NCBI GenBank assembly: GCA_965242725.1
Contig: CBDESZ010000007.1
Span: forward strand, 64,001-128,000
From: Alkalispirochaeta sp.
Lineage (GTDB): Bacteria; Spirochaetota; Spirochaetia; DSM-27196; Alkalispirochaetaceae
DNA: 64,000 bases
Direction of reading: 5' to 3'
Part shown: piece by piece, positions 10,260 to 19,867 of the stretch
How positions within the stretch are numbered: the stretch's first letter is position 1
Layout of the letters: each line of letters opens with the position of its first letter
Program-made: the position numbers and the translations under genes
Notes under the pieces: generated by a model
The model's database searches: none
Seen by the model: only the letters and a program-made list of their open reading frames with translations
What the model was told of the DNA's origin: nothing

Positions 10260-11111
10260 TCATTTCAGTGCGCCAAAAGCAGTGCCTTGCAGCAGGAATC
10301 TCTGGATGGCCCAAAGGACGACCAATACCGGTATGAGCTGTACCGTCGTCGCAGCAAAGAGCTGTCCCCATGAAACGCCGAACATCGCACCAAGCATTTC
10401 CTGTAATACAACCGGCGCGGTTACGGCGCGGGTACTTGTAAAAAGAAAGGCGAAGAAAAACTCGTTCCACGAGAAAATACCGACAAGCGCGCTTGCCGCA
10501 ATAAGCCCTGGTGCAACCATAGGTATGGTGATACGCATAAAGGATCCAAACTTGCTGCAACCATCTATCAATGCGCTTTCTTCCAGTTCCGGCGGAATAG
10601 AGTCGAGAAATGCCTTCAATATCCAGGTGACGATGCTGACATAAAACACTGCGTAGAGAACAATCAGCGTCATATGCCGGTCTATCAGTCCGACCGACCG
10701 GAGAAAGGGAAAGAGAGGAATACTCAAAGCGACCGGCGGAAACATCCGTGCCGCGGTGATGAAGAACCCGCTCGATCTGACCCCCCGGTACCGGGAAAAA
10801 CGGGAAAACGCGTATGCCGCCGGTAGCGCAATGGCAAGAGTCAAAGCAATGGCAAGGATTGTTATGACAGCGCTGTTGCCCAGGGAGGACCAGAAGTTTG
10901 GCCACTCTTCAAATAGTTTTAAATAGTTTTGCGACGTCGGCCTGAAGACAAAATCCGGTGGATACTCGAATATTTTCGACGGCGGCTTGATGGACGATGA
11001 GGCAATAAAGAGGATCGGGAACATCGACCAGACTGCTCCCAAAATCAATCCGGCCCACGCCAATGTATTTGAGGACGCGCTTTTCAATTTATATTTATTC
11101 AGTAGTTTCAT
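10260..11111 (-). CDS. Carbohydrate ABC permease (MalG-type)
   Basis: IPPELEESALIDGC, FSWNEFFFA, GALK end. Confidence 0.92.
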   Translation of the reverse strand: MKLLNKYKLKSASSNTLAWAGLILGAVWSMFPILFIASSSIKPPSKIFEYPPDFVFRPTSQNYLKLFEEWPNFWSSLGNSAVITILAIALTLAIALPAAYAFSRFSRYRGVRSSGFFITAARMFPPVALSIPLFPFLRSVGLIDRHMTLIVLYAVFYVSIVTWILKAFLDSIPPELEESALIDGCSKFGSFMRITIPMVAPGLIAASALVGIFSWNEFFFAFLFTSTRAVTAPVVLQEMLGAMFGVSWGQLFAATTVQLIPVLVVLWAIQRFLLQGTAFGALK

Positions 11112-11201
11112 GAATGTCCGTCTCCCCTTTTACGTACAGCCGGGTATGCTCAACGGGCCGTTCCAATTGGACATAGAAAATGGTGAAATACCATTCAATT
11201 C

Positions 11202-11230
11202 TTGGCCCCGGACTTACCGTCCGAGGCCAA
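11202..11230. other. Stem-loop downstream of the SBP gene
   Basis: TTGGCCCCGGAC-TTACC-GTCCGAGGCCAA inverted repeat. Confidence 0.55.
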
Positions 11231-11265
11231 TCAATGATAATAACCATGCAGGCAATTGCGCTCTG

Positions 11266-12600
11266 TCAATCGACTTCCGGAGCAAGTTCCTCAAGACGTC
11301 GCTGAGCCGTTGCCAGTCCTTCTTCAATTTCCACGTCACCCAAAAGGATTCGCTGGAGCTGTTCGCCCAGAAAATCTCGCGACTCCGGAAAATTGTCAAA
11401 ACCGGGGAAGAGAATCCGCCCATTCGTAAGAGAGGATAACTTCACCTGCGGGTCATAGGCGAGGCTATCGGTAAAGGTGGAATCATCAAATGTGGACGCA
11501 CGAACCGGCGAGTTTCCGCTCAACGCCATTTGCAGTGTCGCATTCCGGCTCGACATGAATCGGACAAAGTCCCAGGCAGCATCCTTGTTTCTGGAGCCTT
11601 TCGGGATGACAAAAGCCCATTGAAAGACGATAGGATGCGTCACCTCATACCCTTCCGCCGGAGGAATGGGTACCACGCCGATATCGTCACGGGGAATTCC
11701 GTCTTCACCAGTCAGCTGCGCTACGTAGTCGGCGCCGGCTCCGATCATGGCTGCGCGGCCGCTCTTGAAGAGGGTGATCCGATCACTGTTTGTCTGAGAA
11801 CTCCAGTTGGGCCCCAGCGCACCGGCGTCGTACAGTTCCTTGTACTCCCTGAGAGTCTGGACGACCTCGGGTGACGTTGAAACCGTGACCTCGTAATCGA
11901 GTGTCATGAAGTCGCCATCTCTCGTCCGGATCCACCGTCCAAAAGAGAAGGGTCCTTCCTGTTTTACACCCATGTCGACAAGGCCGTAGACCTGCTCGCC
12001 GCTGGTCCGGGTAAAGGTGAGTTCTTTTGCAAGAGAAACCAGTTCTTCCCAGGTCTCCGGTGGATTATCAATTCCCCGCTCTCTGAAGATCGCCTTGTTG
12101 TAAATCAACGCACCATCCGTTCCGGCGCGCATGGGTACACCGTACAGGTTTCCATTAATCTCCAGACTCGCGCGAAGTCCCTCAAAGATATCTTCCCACG
12201 CTTCCACCGGCCTGTCGGTCATATAGCCGTCTAGGGGCTTGAATAATTCGGTTACTCGCGGTGATACCCAGGGAGTGTACACATGTCCCACGTCAATGTC
12301 GGTATTCGCCAATGAGGCTTCTCTGAAGAGGCGGTCCCGAACACCGGGAGTTGGAGCGGTGATAAACCGTACTCCCGACACACCGGGATGGGAGTCTACA
12401 AACTCGTCAACCAGATTCGCGCCACCGTTCTGGCCCATCATGAAGTTTTGATGTATCTGGTGGCCGATCACTACCAATTCAACCGGCTCTGCCCCGGACA
12501 GATCCGCTCCCTCGCCTTCTTGAGACCCACCCGCCGAGACGGGAACAACAACGCACAAAAGTCCCACGAGGACTGCAAATAAATAGAATTTGCCTTTCAT
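11266..12600 (-). CDS. Sugar ABC substrate-binding protein
   Basis: Start at ATG 12600 after an AGGAGG SD. Signal peptide ...VSAGGSQE, LIYNKAIF...PPETWEEL, AAWDFVRFM. Confidence 0.9.
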   Translation of the reverse strand: MKGKFYLFAVLVGLLCVVVPVSAGGSQEGEGADLSGAEPVELVVIGHQIHQNFMMGQNGGANLVDEFVDSHPGVSGVRFITAPTPGVRDRLFREASLANTDIDVGHVYTPWVSPRVTELFKPLDGYMTDRPVEAWEDIFEGLRASLEINGNLYGVPMRAGTDGALIYNKAIFRERGIDNPPETWEELVSLAKELTFTRTSGEQVYGLVDMGVKQEGPFSFGRWIRTRDGDFMTLDYEVTVSTSPEVVQTLREYKELYDAGALGPNWSSQTNSDRITLFKSGRAAMIGAGADYVAQLTGEDGIPRDDIGVVPIPPAEGYEVTHPIVFQWAFVIPKGSRNKDAAWDFVRFMSSRNATLQMALSGNSPVRASTFDDSTFTDSLAYDPQVKLSSLTNGRILFPGFDNFPESRDFLGEQLQRILLGDVEIEEGLATAQRRLEELAPEVD

Positions 12601-12868
12601 TCTGAAACCTCCTTGAGGATTGTCTTCGTGTATCGTTGTACAACGGGTAACGTCAAATCGACAGTTATTAATGTAACCGATTCGTACTCTCTTCCCCGGT
12701 ACTAGGCGTATAAAAGTAAGCCACACAAGTCGGGCATGAGACCAACTTTAGAAGAGCCGTTGGGAGTACAAATTCAGGACATATATAACTGTGGCAACCC
12801 TTTTGGGCGCCATATACTGACGGGACACGTCAAGAGATGGGAGATCAACACAAAGGGAGGCATTACCC

Positions 12869-13819
12869 GTGACAGGATTTACGCCGCTACAGGAATTGAT
12901 TGTGTATGATGACTTTGATACCGGACTGAATGGATGGGTCAATCTGGCGCCAAATTTTCAAGAGGACAAAATGGACTACTATCCGTCCCTCAAATGGGTA
13001 TCCGACTGGGGTCCTCCCATGCTGAGCTCCGCCACCTTTGGCTATGCCGGGACACATGGATCTCTGCATGGAACCTATTCAATGAAAATCGGTACGCGGC
13101 CCATAGCAGGCAAGGCCAGTGAACCTCCGATTACCGGGAGTATGGGACACGCAATTAAACGCCTCACGTTTTCAAAAAAGCAGCTGATAAAATGCGAAAT
13201 GTGGTACTCCTACAAACCAGAGCAGGATCGTCAGGGTATCGGGGAGGAGGATGTCCGTGCCTTTGGCTTCTTCTTTGACGTGCAGGACGAAGAAATTCGG
13301 TCCCACTATGGGGTCCGCTATTTGAATGCCGCCGACGGAGTTCTCCAACAACGGTGGCAATTGTTTTCCCCCTCCGGCGAGATCGATGGAGGGTGGGGAG
13401 ACATGCGGGAGACAGCGCCGCCCGGGGCAACCGATGACGACCGGCGGAGGCGCTCGGTTAAGCTGGAAACGGGCATCGACCCACAATGGAACGGAAGGCG
13501 CTATGAGAACGGTTCGGGCGACGGCTTTTACGATATCCCGGACAGCACGCAGCGGCTCTGCTATAACGAAACTGCGGATAAAATTAACTGGCACTACTTT
13601 TCGGTTACCATCGATGTGGCGACTCGGGAGTACGTCGAACTTCGTTCGGTCAACAAGGTGTTCCACCTTCGCGGTATACAACCGTTTCTCGTACCGGCAC
13701 ATCCGAGAATCAACAATCTACTGAATCCGGCCGTCTGGGTAGAATCCGACAGAGACAGGAGAGCCTTTCTCTATGTTGACTCGATCGCCATATCAACCGG
13801 CGAAAGGACAGAGGTATGA
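12869..13819 (+). CDS. Conserved hypothetical protein (resembles the DUF6772 family from memory; unverified)
   Basis: 316-aa ORF with a GGGAGG SD. Motifs YDDFDTGLNGW, GTHGS, YNETADKINWHY. Confidence 0.7.
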   Translation: MTGFTPLQELIVYDDFDTGLNGWVNLAPNFQEDKMDYYPSLKWVSDWGPPMLSSATFGYAGTHGSLHGTYSMKIGTRPIAGKASEPPITGSMGHAIKRLTFSKKQLIKCEMWYSYKPEQDRQGIGEEDVRAFGFFFDVQDEEIRSHYGVRYLNAADGVLQQRWQLFSPSGEIDGGWGDMRETAPPGATDDDRRRRSVKLETGIDPQWNGRRYENGSGDGFYDIPDSTQRLCYNETADKINWHYFSVTIDVATREYVELRSVNKVFHLRGIQPFLVPAHPRINNLLNPAVWVESDRDRRAFLYVDSIAISTGERTEV

Positions 13820-14151
13820 GACAATTTTATACCGTTGTGCTTGAGCGTATTCGGCGTTACAAATCAGATTTTCAGACTGAACCCTATGAGGTTGGATGGG
13901 CATCCGAAGCGATGTTTTTTATCCGCATGCATGAACTTACCGGTTCGGGGACCGTGATAGAAGCACGAGTACAGGTATCGGTTGACGGAATTCATTGGAT
14001 CGACGAAGGCACATCGTTTCCCGCCATCAATCACAAAGGCGACAATTTTATCCGGGTTTCACACTTCGGTGGTTGGCTGCGCCTTGCATGTACCCTCGCC
14101 GGCAAAGATCCGGAAGTCGAATTGACGGTGCAACTGGCACTGAAGGAGTAG
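13816..14151 (+). CDS. Small beta-rich hypothetical protein (resembles the DUF6385 family from memory; unverified)
   Basis: ATGA overlap with the upstream gene. Motifs TEPYEVGWASEA, QVSVDGIHWIDEG, HFGGWLRL. Confidence 0.7.
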   Translation: MRQFYTVVLERIRRYKSDFQTEPYEVGWASEAMFFIRMHELTGSGTVIEARVQVSVDGIHWIDEGTSFPAINHKGDNFIRVSHFGGWLRLACTLAGKDPEVELTVQLALKE

Positions 14152-14183
14152 TTAGATAGACACAGGGGAAAGCGCTGTATATC

Positions 14184-15515
14184 GTGGCGGATGGAAGGCA
14201 TGGAAGTAGTACATACATCTCAGAGGTTCCCCCGTTGCGCAATCCCGTGTTCACGTCGATGACGTCATTGCAGGCGATACGTACAAGAATACAAGGCTTC
14301 GGTACGATTGAGCAGGCGCTTTTCCCCCTCATTGGTTTGGTGGCGTTATTCCACGGCGCAGCGTGGATCGTATTTCTTTACGCACCTCACCACCCCGTAT
14401 TACCGGTGGCATGGTCGACCGTCGTATCGGGAGGAATAATCCTTTCCTTTTGTCTCAGTATTGTCGCATGGCTGATGCGTACGGAAGCTGTCCAGATCGC
14501 TACGATAGTCGCACGTATCGGGATAATTCTGTTGATAGGACGCCCGTTCGGTGAAGAGGTGGCAACGGAACTTCTCCTGATTTCATCGTTGGTGATCGAT
14601 ATCGGTCTTATCCTTCGGCCTATAACCGCGATCTTCCTGATTATCGCCGTTATCTCGATCCTTGCGCTGAGCCAGGGTGAAATGCTGGCGTGGGACGGCA
14701 CAATACCCGCAATGGAAGGATACGCGCTGGTCCTGCTAGTCTCGGTACCTGCGGCATTTGGTTACTGTTCCCTCTTTGTACGCCGAACAATCCGCCATCT
14801 GGCATTAAAACAGGATGAGCTTTCAACCATCGCGCGGGGCAGTATTGAAATGTACAAAGCAAACCTGGAATTGCAGCAGGCAAGTACGGAGGTGGAACGA
14901 CGGGCTATGCAGGCGGAGCGGTGGCGTATCAGTAGAGAACTCCACGACATCGTCGGATACGCATTCATTAATGAGCGGATGCAACTGGAAGTCGCTCTCA
15001 GCCTCCTCTATAAGTCGCCCGATATCGAAGAGCTGGCCAATCTGTTAATGCGGCTCCGGCGGCAGGCGACACAGACACTTGACGAGGCAAGAAAAGCAAT
15101 ACACGCATTGCGCACACCCTCGGAGGAGGCATCGGACGCACTGGAAAGGATCAGAACGCTGGTGGACGCGTTTGAGTCGACAACTATCGACGTAACTGCA
15201 AACTTCGGAAATGTCGTGCGCGTCAGCTTTGGCAGAGAAATAGATTCCGTTCTCTACCGGTTTACACAGGAAGGAATCACCAACGCCATCCGTCACGGAG
15301 GGGCAAAGAAAATCGATATACTCATGTGGGAATACAAGGATGAGGTGATCATATCTGTGAGGGACAACGGTGTCGGAAATTCGGGAGACGGCATGGGTCT
15401 AGGATTGACCGGACTTGAAGAACGTGTGCAACAGCTTGGAGGTGCATTAACGACCGAATCCCTTCCCTATGGATTTCAACTATCGGCAAGATTGCCGCTT
15501 ACGGCCGCGGAGTGA
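14184..15515 (+). CDS. Membrane sensor histidine kinase (HisKA_3/NarX-like); start uncertain
   Basis: Multiple N-terminal TM segments, ERWRISRELHD, QEGITNAIRHG, DNGVG, GLGLTGLEERV. Confidence 0.9.
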   Translation: MADGRHGSSTYISEVPPLRNPVFTSMTSLQAIRTRIQGFGTIEQALFPLIGLVALFHGAAWIVFLYAPHHPVLPVAWSTVVSGGIILSFCLSIVAWLMRTEAVQIATIVARIGIILLIGRPFGEEVATELLLISSLVIDIGLILRPITAIFLIIAVISILALSQGEMLAWDGTIPAMEGYALVLLVSVPAAFGYCSLFVRRTIRHLALKQDELSTIARGSIEMYKANLELQQASTEVERRAMQAERWRISRELHDIVGYAFINERMQLEVALSLLYKSPDIEELANLLMRLRRQATQTLDEARKAIHALRTPSEEASDALERIRTLVDAFESTTIDVTANFGNVVRVSFGREIDSVLYRFTQEGITNAIRHGGAKKIDILMWEYKDEVIISVRDNGVGNSGDGMGLGLTGLEERVQQLGGALTTESLPYGFQLSARLPLTAAE

Positions 15516-15518
15516 ACA

Positions 15519-16199
15519 ATGGGTGCCATACGACTGCTACTGGCCGATGACCAGGCACTTTTTATTCAAGGACTGCTCAGAGTATTTGAATTGAATGCCG
15601 AGGATATTGAAGTAGTCGGCACCGCATTCAATGGCGAGGAAGCGGTCGCGTTGGCAAATCAACATCGCCCCGACTTTATCCTGATGGACGTGCGTATGCC
15701 CGTCATGGACGGAGTAGAAGCAACACGAGTCATTCGTTCGGAACACCCGCAAATCGGCGTACTCATGTTGACAACCTTTGACGATGACCAGTATGTGAAC
15801 AGCGCAATCCAGCACGGCGCAATCGGATATCTATTGAAAGACATTCCGGCACTTGAGCTCATTTCAGTTGTACGAAATCTAAAAAGCATGTCCTCCAACA
15901 CCGCTTCAACCATGGTGATTTCGCCCGCTGTGGCACGGAAGCTTTCCGCAGAATCATCGGATAGGAAAGCGCTAAGAAAATCCGAGCTGAGACGGCTGGT
16001 CAAGGAGTATGCAACTGAAGAGCTCACCCAACGGGAACTGGAAGTCCTCGAGCTGCTCACCCGGGAGTACGATAACCATCTCATCGCGGAGAAGCTCTTT
16101 CTTGGCGAGCAGACCGTACGTAATTACGTCTCTACAATCTATGCCAAGCTCAACGTTAGTAACAGACTGGCTCTGATCAGGCTTTTTGATGAGCGATAA
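15519..16199 (+). CDS. NarL/LuxR-family response regulator
   Basis: LLADDQ, LMDVRMPVMDG, LTQRELEVL...TVRNYVSTIYAKL. Confidence 0.93.
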   Translation: MGAIRLLLADDQALFIQGLLRVFELNAEDIEVVGTAFNGEEAVALANQHRPDFILMDVRMPVMDGVEATRVIRSEHPQIGVLMLTTFDDDQYVNSAIQHGAIGYLLKDIPALELISVVRNLKSMSSNTASTMVISPAVARKLSAESSDRKALRKSELRRLVKEYATEELTQRELEVLELLTREYDNHLIAEKLFLGEQTVRNYVSTIYAKLNVSNRLALIRLFDER

Positions 16200-16390
16200 G
16201 GGCGGTCGGTATGCAGAACAAAGAATAATACTTCAAGCATAAAGCTGCGGCGTCTCTATTACCCCGGCAAATCCATAAGCGACGGGCCGCAATTCAAGGG
16301 AGATGCAGGAGTTTACCGGCGTCAGTCCGGAATGACCCGACAACGCGTTGAAGAAGGGGTACACCCATTCCCGTAATCGCCATATAAAAA

Positions 16391-16406
16391 TACCCAATTT
16401 GAGGTA
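16391..16406. promoter_or_regulatory. Candidate 7-2-7 NarL-type response-regulator box
   Basis: TACCCAA-TT-TGAGGTA upstream of the lipoprotein gene. Confidence 0.4.
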
Positions 16407-16484
16407 TTGTACGCCGCCGATCGCGATTTCATGCTCTAAACGAGGGAGTTATCACCCTTTTATCCAAAACGATGGAGGAATCTC

Positions 16485-18797
16485 GTGAAAAGTTGGAAAC
16501 GCATTGGTGTTGTACTTGTGTCGATAGTCATATCTCTATTGGTCATCGGGTGTCCCAGCCCGGTTGGAGATGACGGCAGTTCCGGTGGCGGTGGTACGAC
16601 ATCCGGTGACGGATCCGGTGCAACCCAGGCCATCACATTGTCCCTGGACACGTGGGAGACGGCGACGATCGGTCTTGATTCTCAATTATGGTTCTCTGCG
16701 TCCGTTTCAGCCGGTTCGGCATATCGAATTTCCTGGGATGACGCCGACGGCACCGGAACGTACGGGGTGGATCTCGTCATTGACGCCTATCATTCCGACG
16801 GGACGACAACCTATTTTTCCGATTCCGATTTCGGAGACGGTTCCAATAGCGACGACACGACCTATAAGGATGTGCATATTGCTGCGGGAGAAGATCGTAT
16901 TTACATTGTCGCCGATTCTGAATACTTCAGTGAAAGCGGAACCTTCCGGGTACGTATTTCAGAAGTAAACCTGACCTATGAGGGATCGGTAGAATCTCCG
17001 ATACAGCTCACCGCCGGTCAGGCCCATAGCGGAAAAGTTGGAGATTTTACCGGCCTGGAAGATGACTACACAAGTTTCTATACATTCACGACGTCGACAG
17101 CCGGTGATTATTCAATCGCCGCGTCGGATGTATCTCCATCAGGCTATGATTTCAGTTACGCCGTGTATACCGGCAGCGATTTCTATACCGGCGAGGTGGC
17201 GTACGAAACAAACGACACCGGGATTACCGATCTGACACTGGACGGCACCACTACCTACTATGTGGAGATCATTAACTTTGGATCCAGTGCCGTCACATAC
17301 ACCCTTACCGTCACGGCGCCGTCCGGAGGCGGAACCACCCCATCGGCGACACTGTCCGGCCTTTCCGTGACCGATGCCTCGGACAACCCGATTGCACTGA
17401 GCCCCGTCTTTTCCGCGGACACCGGTTCCTATACTGCATCAGTTGCAAACTCGGTAAGTGAGGTAACCGTCGCCGCCACCTCAACGGAGGCTACAGCAAC
17501 GGTGCAGGTGAATGACAATACCTCCACCATGGCCGGGTATGACGAAGCCACCGTCACTCTTCCCGTCGGTGATACCACGGTAACAGTTTCCGTCGATGAT
17601 GGTACGGGGACGGGAACCTACACAATCGTGATCACCCGGGCCGAAGCAGGTTCCGTCCAAATCGGTAGCTGGTCGCAGATCGGATCGGGCGCCATCGGCC
17701 TCGTCGGGACCACCACTTACAACGATCCATCTCTGGCATTTGACACAAACTTCAATCCATACGTTGCCTACATCGACGGCGACACCAAGGACGTCGGCGT
17801 CAAGCGGAGTACCGACGGTTCGACCTGGAGCGCCGTCGGCGGCAGTTCACTGAAGGACTTCTACAACGGATTGACGGGATCAATGGATGTGGACGTCGCG
17901 GTAACGGGTTCGGAAACGGCGGGACGTGTCTATGTCACCTCCAATGTGTCGACAACGCTGTTTTACATGCTCGCAACAAACGCGATCAATCTGAGTACCG
18001 ACAGCTGGGAAGGACCGTACGGCACGACGATGACCGACTATGATGCGTCCTACCTCTCCTGGGGTTACGAGGATAAGGGCCATTTCCAGTTTGTACTCAA
18101 CGACACCTTCTATCTGGCCTATGATGACTCCGGTTCCAACGACGATCTCAACGACGGATTTGTGCTTCTGAGCAACGACGGTACGTCCGTTGAATTCACC
18201 GAGGAACTGAGCAACGCCGGCGTCGACTGGACGTACAACCTGGCCGTGAAGGATCTGAACAATATGGCCGTCGGCGACTACACATGGAACGGAACGGCAG
18301 GTCTCTATGACCTCACGGTATATACCGGGAACACGTCGACCGGATTTTCACAGGTCGATACGGCGACGATCAACACGATCGCCACCGGGGACGGCCTCAT
18401 GGCCCTGGACCTCGCATACAATCCGTCCTCCGGCAATCTGGGGGTTGTGGTCAGCGATGACGGCGGATTAACGCGACTGTATGAGAACAATGGGTCGTCG
18501 TGGTCACAGATCGGCGGCGATATCGTTGCCGCAGCCGATGCAACGTCATACTCCTTCGTATGGTTGGCCTACAGCTCAACGGGCACGCCTTCGGTGCTGC
18601 TCGGCAATAGCGGCGGAACCTGGACGGGCGGAAAACGGTACAACTCGACATCAAGTTCCTGGGAAGCTCTGACCGATGCACCAAACAGTGCGACAAAGGT
18701 GTCCGATGTCGCCTTTGCAAACGGAACCCTCTACGTCTGCGGAGCCTACAATAATGGAACCAACTACGAAGCGCGGGTATGGACCTTCGCCGAGTGA
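16485..18797 (+). CDS. Large Ser/Thr/Asp-rich surface lipoprotein with PPC-like repeats, a cadherin-like beta-sandwich and a probable C-terminal beta-propeller
   Basis: GGAGGA SD, lipobox LLVIG-C-P, Gly/Ser linkers, ATLSGLSV...LSPVFSADTGSYTASVAN...TYTIVITR, repeated WSQIG/WSAVG. Confidence 0.8.
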   Translation: MKSWKRIGVVLVSIVISLLVIGCPSPVGDDGSSGGGGTTSGDGSGATQAITLSLDTWETATIGLDSQLWFSASVSAGSAYRISWDDADGTGTYGVDLVIDAYHSDGTTTYFSDSDFGDGSNSDDTTYKDVHIAAGEDRIYIVADSEYFSESGTFRVRISEVNLTYEGSVESPIQLTAGQAHSGKVGDFTGLEDDYTSFYTFTTSTAGDYSIAASDVSPSGYDFSYAVYTGSDFYTGEVAYETNDTGITDLTLDGTTTYYVEIINFGSSAVTYTLTVTAPSGGGTTPSATLSGLSVTDASDNPIALSPVFSADTGSYTASVANSVSEVTVAATSTEATATVQVNDNTSTMAGYDEATVTLPVGDTTVTVSVDDGTGTGTYTIVITRAEAGSVQIGSWSQIGSGAIGLVGTTTYNDPSLAFDTNFNPYVAYIDGDTKDVGVKRSTDGSTWSAVGGSSLKDFYNGLTGSMDVDVAVTGSETAGRVYVTSNVSTTLFYMLATNAINLSTDSWEGPYGTTMTDYDASYLSWGYEDKGHFQFVLNDTFYLAYDDSGSNDDLNDGFVLLSNDGTSVEFTEELSNAGVDWTYNLAVKDLNNMAVGDYTWNGTAGLYDLTVYTGNTSTGFSQVDTATINTIATGDGLMALDLAYNPSSGNLGVVVSDDGGLTRLYENNGSSWSQIGGDIVAAADATSYSFVWLAYSSTGTPSVLLGNSGGTWTGGKRYNSTSSSWEALTDAPNSATKVSDVAFANGTLYVCGAYNNGTNYEARVWTFAE

Positions 18798-18832
18798 CGG
18801 GTAGCACCCAGCATACCCGGTGATTGAAATCA

Positions 18833-18865
18833 GGAGCGCGGGATCATGACCGGATCCTGCGCTCC
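18833..18865. terminator. Hairpin between convergent genes
   Basis: GGAGCGCGGGATC...GATCCTGCGCTCC. Confidence 0.55.
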
Positions 18866-18880
18866 GTCCCGGTAACGCGC

Positions 18881-19645
18881 CTAACCACCACCGACGATTT
18901 TATCAAAGCGGCTGTCCATGCATACGCTGATGTCGGTAGTGATAAAACGGCCGTCCAGAAAGAGACTGAATATCGTCGCCGGCGAGGGACACGTCTGCGC
19001 GTCCGCCCTCGTTTCCAGTTTGATCGTCTTCAGCGGCAGACCCCGCTTCCCGGCAGTTTCGACGAGGGATTCCCTGACGTGGTATTCGGCATAGGGGCAG
19101 CCGTTTGAGTAATAGGCGACGAGACCCTTCCCGTCCGGGCATGTGCCGCTGCGCACGGACTCGTTGAAAGCGGGTTTCTCGACGGAAGAGGCGAAGTCCA
19201 ACGATATGAGGCTGAACCCGGAGGGGATGGTCTCGACGGTCTCAAACCCCTGTTGCAACAACCACTTTGTGTCGCTCATGAAGTGGAATTTCTTTGTACC
19301 GACGACGGTTACCACGCCGCTCATTCCCTGATTGATCGCGTCCTCAACCACCCCCGCGAGCAACGCTTTTCCATGCCCCGTCCCTTTGTACTTCCCGGAA
19401 ACCCAGAAGCACCCGACCATCATGTAATTGGGCGCCGTCACGGGAACCCAGGCATTCTCGGCGGGACCGTATTCAATGAACACCTTCGCCCGTTCATCAA
19501 GACGGCGAAAGACATAGCCATTGTCAAATTGTGCGGAGAGCCACTGTTTTTTCAGCTCATAGCTCTCGGCACACTTTTTGTCGGAAAAAGCGCAGCAGAT
19601 ATGCTCGTTCTTTACGGTTTCCTTTGTCAGTGTCACATATGCCAT
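18881..19645 (-). CDS. GNAT acetyltransferase with YoaP-like C-terminal domain
   Basis: EHICCA, FIEYGPAE, CFWVSGKYKGTGHGKALL, CPY...PSPATIFSLFLDGRF. Confidence 0.82.
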   Translation of the reverse strand: MAYVTLTKETVKNEHICCAFSDKKCAESYELKKQWLSAQFDNGYVFRRLDERAKVFIEYGPAENAWVPVTAPNYMMVGCFWVSGKYKGTGHGKALLAGVVEDAINQGMSGVVTVVGTKKFHFMSDTKWLLQQGFETVETIPSGFSLISLDFASSVEKPAFNESVRSGTCPDGKGLVAYYSNGCPYAEYHVRESLVETAGKRGLPLKTIKLETRADAQTCPSPATIFSLFLDGRFITTDISVCMDSRFDKIVGGG

Positions 19646-19852
19646 TCACGTCTCCTCTATCCGACCGTTAATCCATCCCCGGCGGAGCGCTTGGATGACC
19701 ACGTCGTTCCAGACGACACTGGGTATTCCGGTCTTTTTCTTGAACATTTTGACCCACAGTTCGCGCACCTTCATGTGGTTGGCTCTGAGCCACCGACCGA
19801 GCTCTTCGGGAGTGGCGAAGGCAACGATCTTGTCCTGATTTGGTTCATCCAT
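19646..19852 (-). pseudogene. N-terminal fragment of a YdeI/OmpD-associated-like protein
   Basis: WLRANH...ELWVKMFKKKTGIPSV.W.D.V..AL..GWING then an abrupt stop at 68 aa, abutting the next start codon. Confidence 0.6.
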
Positions 19853-19867
19853 AAGACGGCGCCGGCC

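Noticed and set aside
16266..16330. c-di-GMP-I riboswitch-like GGCAAAT...GGGCCGCAA upstream of the lipoprotein gene
   Set aside because: P2 does not pair, and there is no stem-closed GNRA loop or receptor helix.
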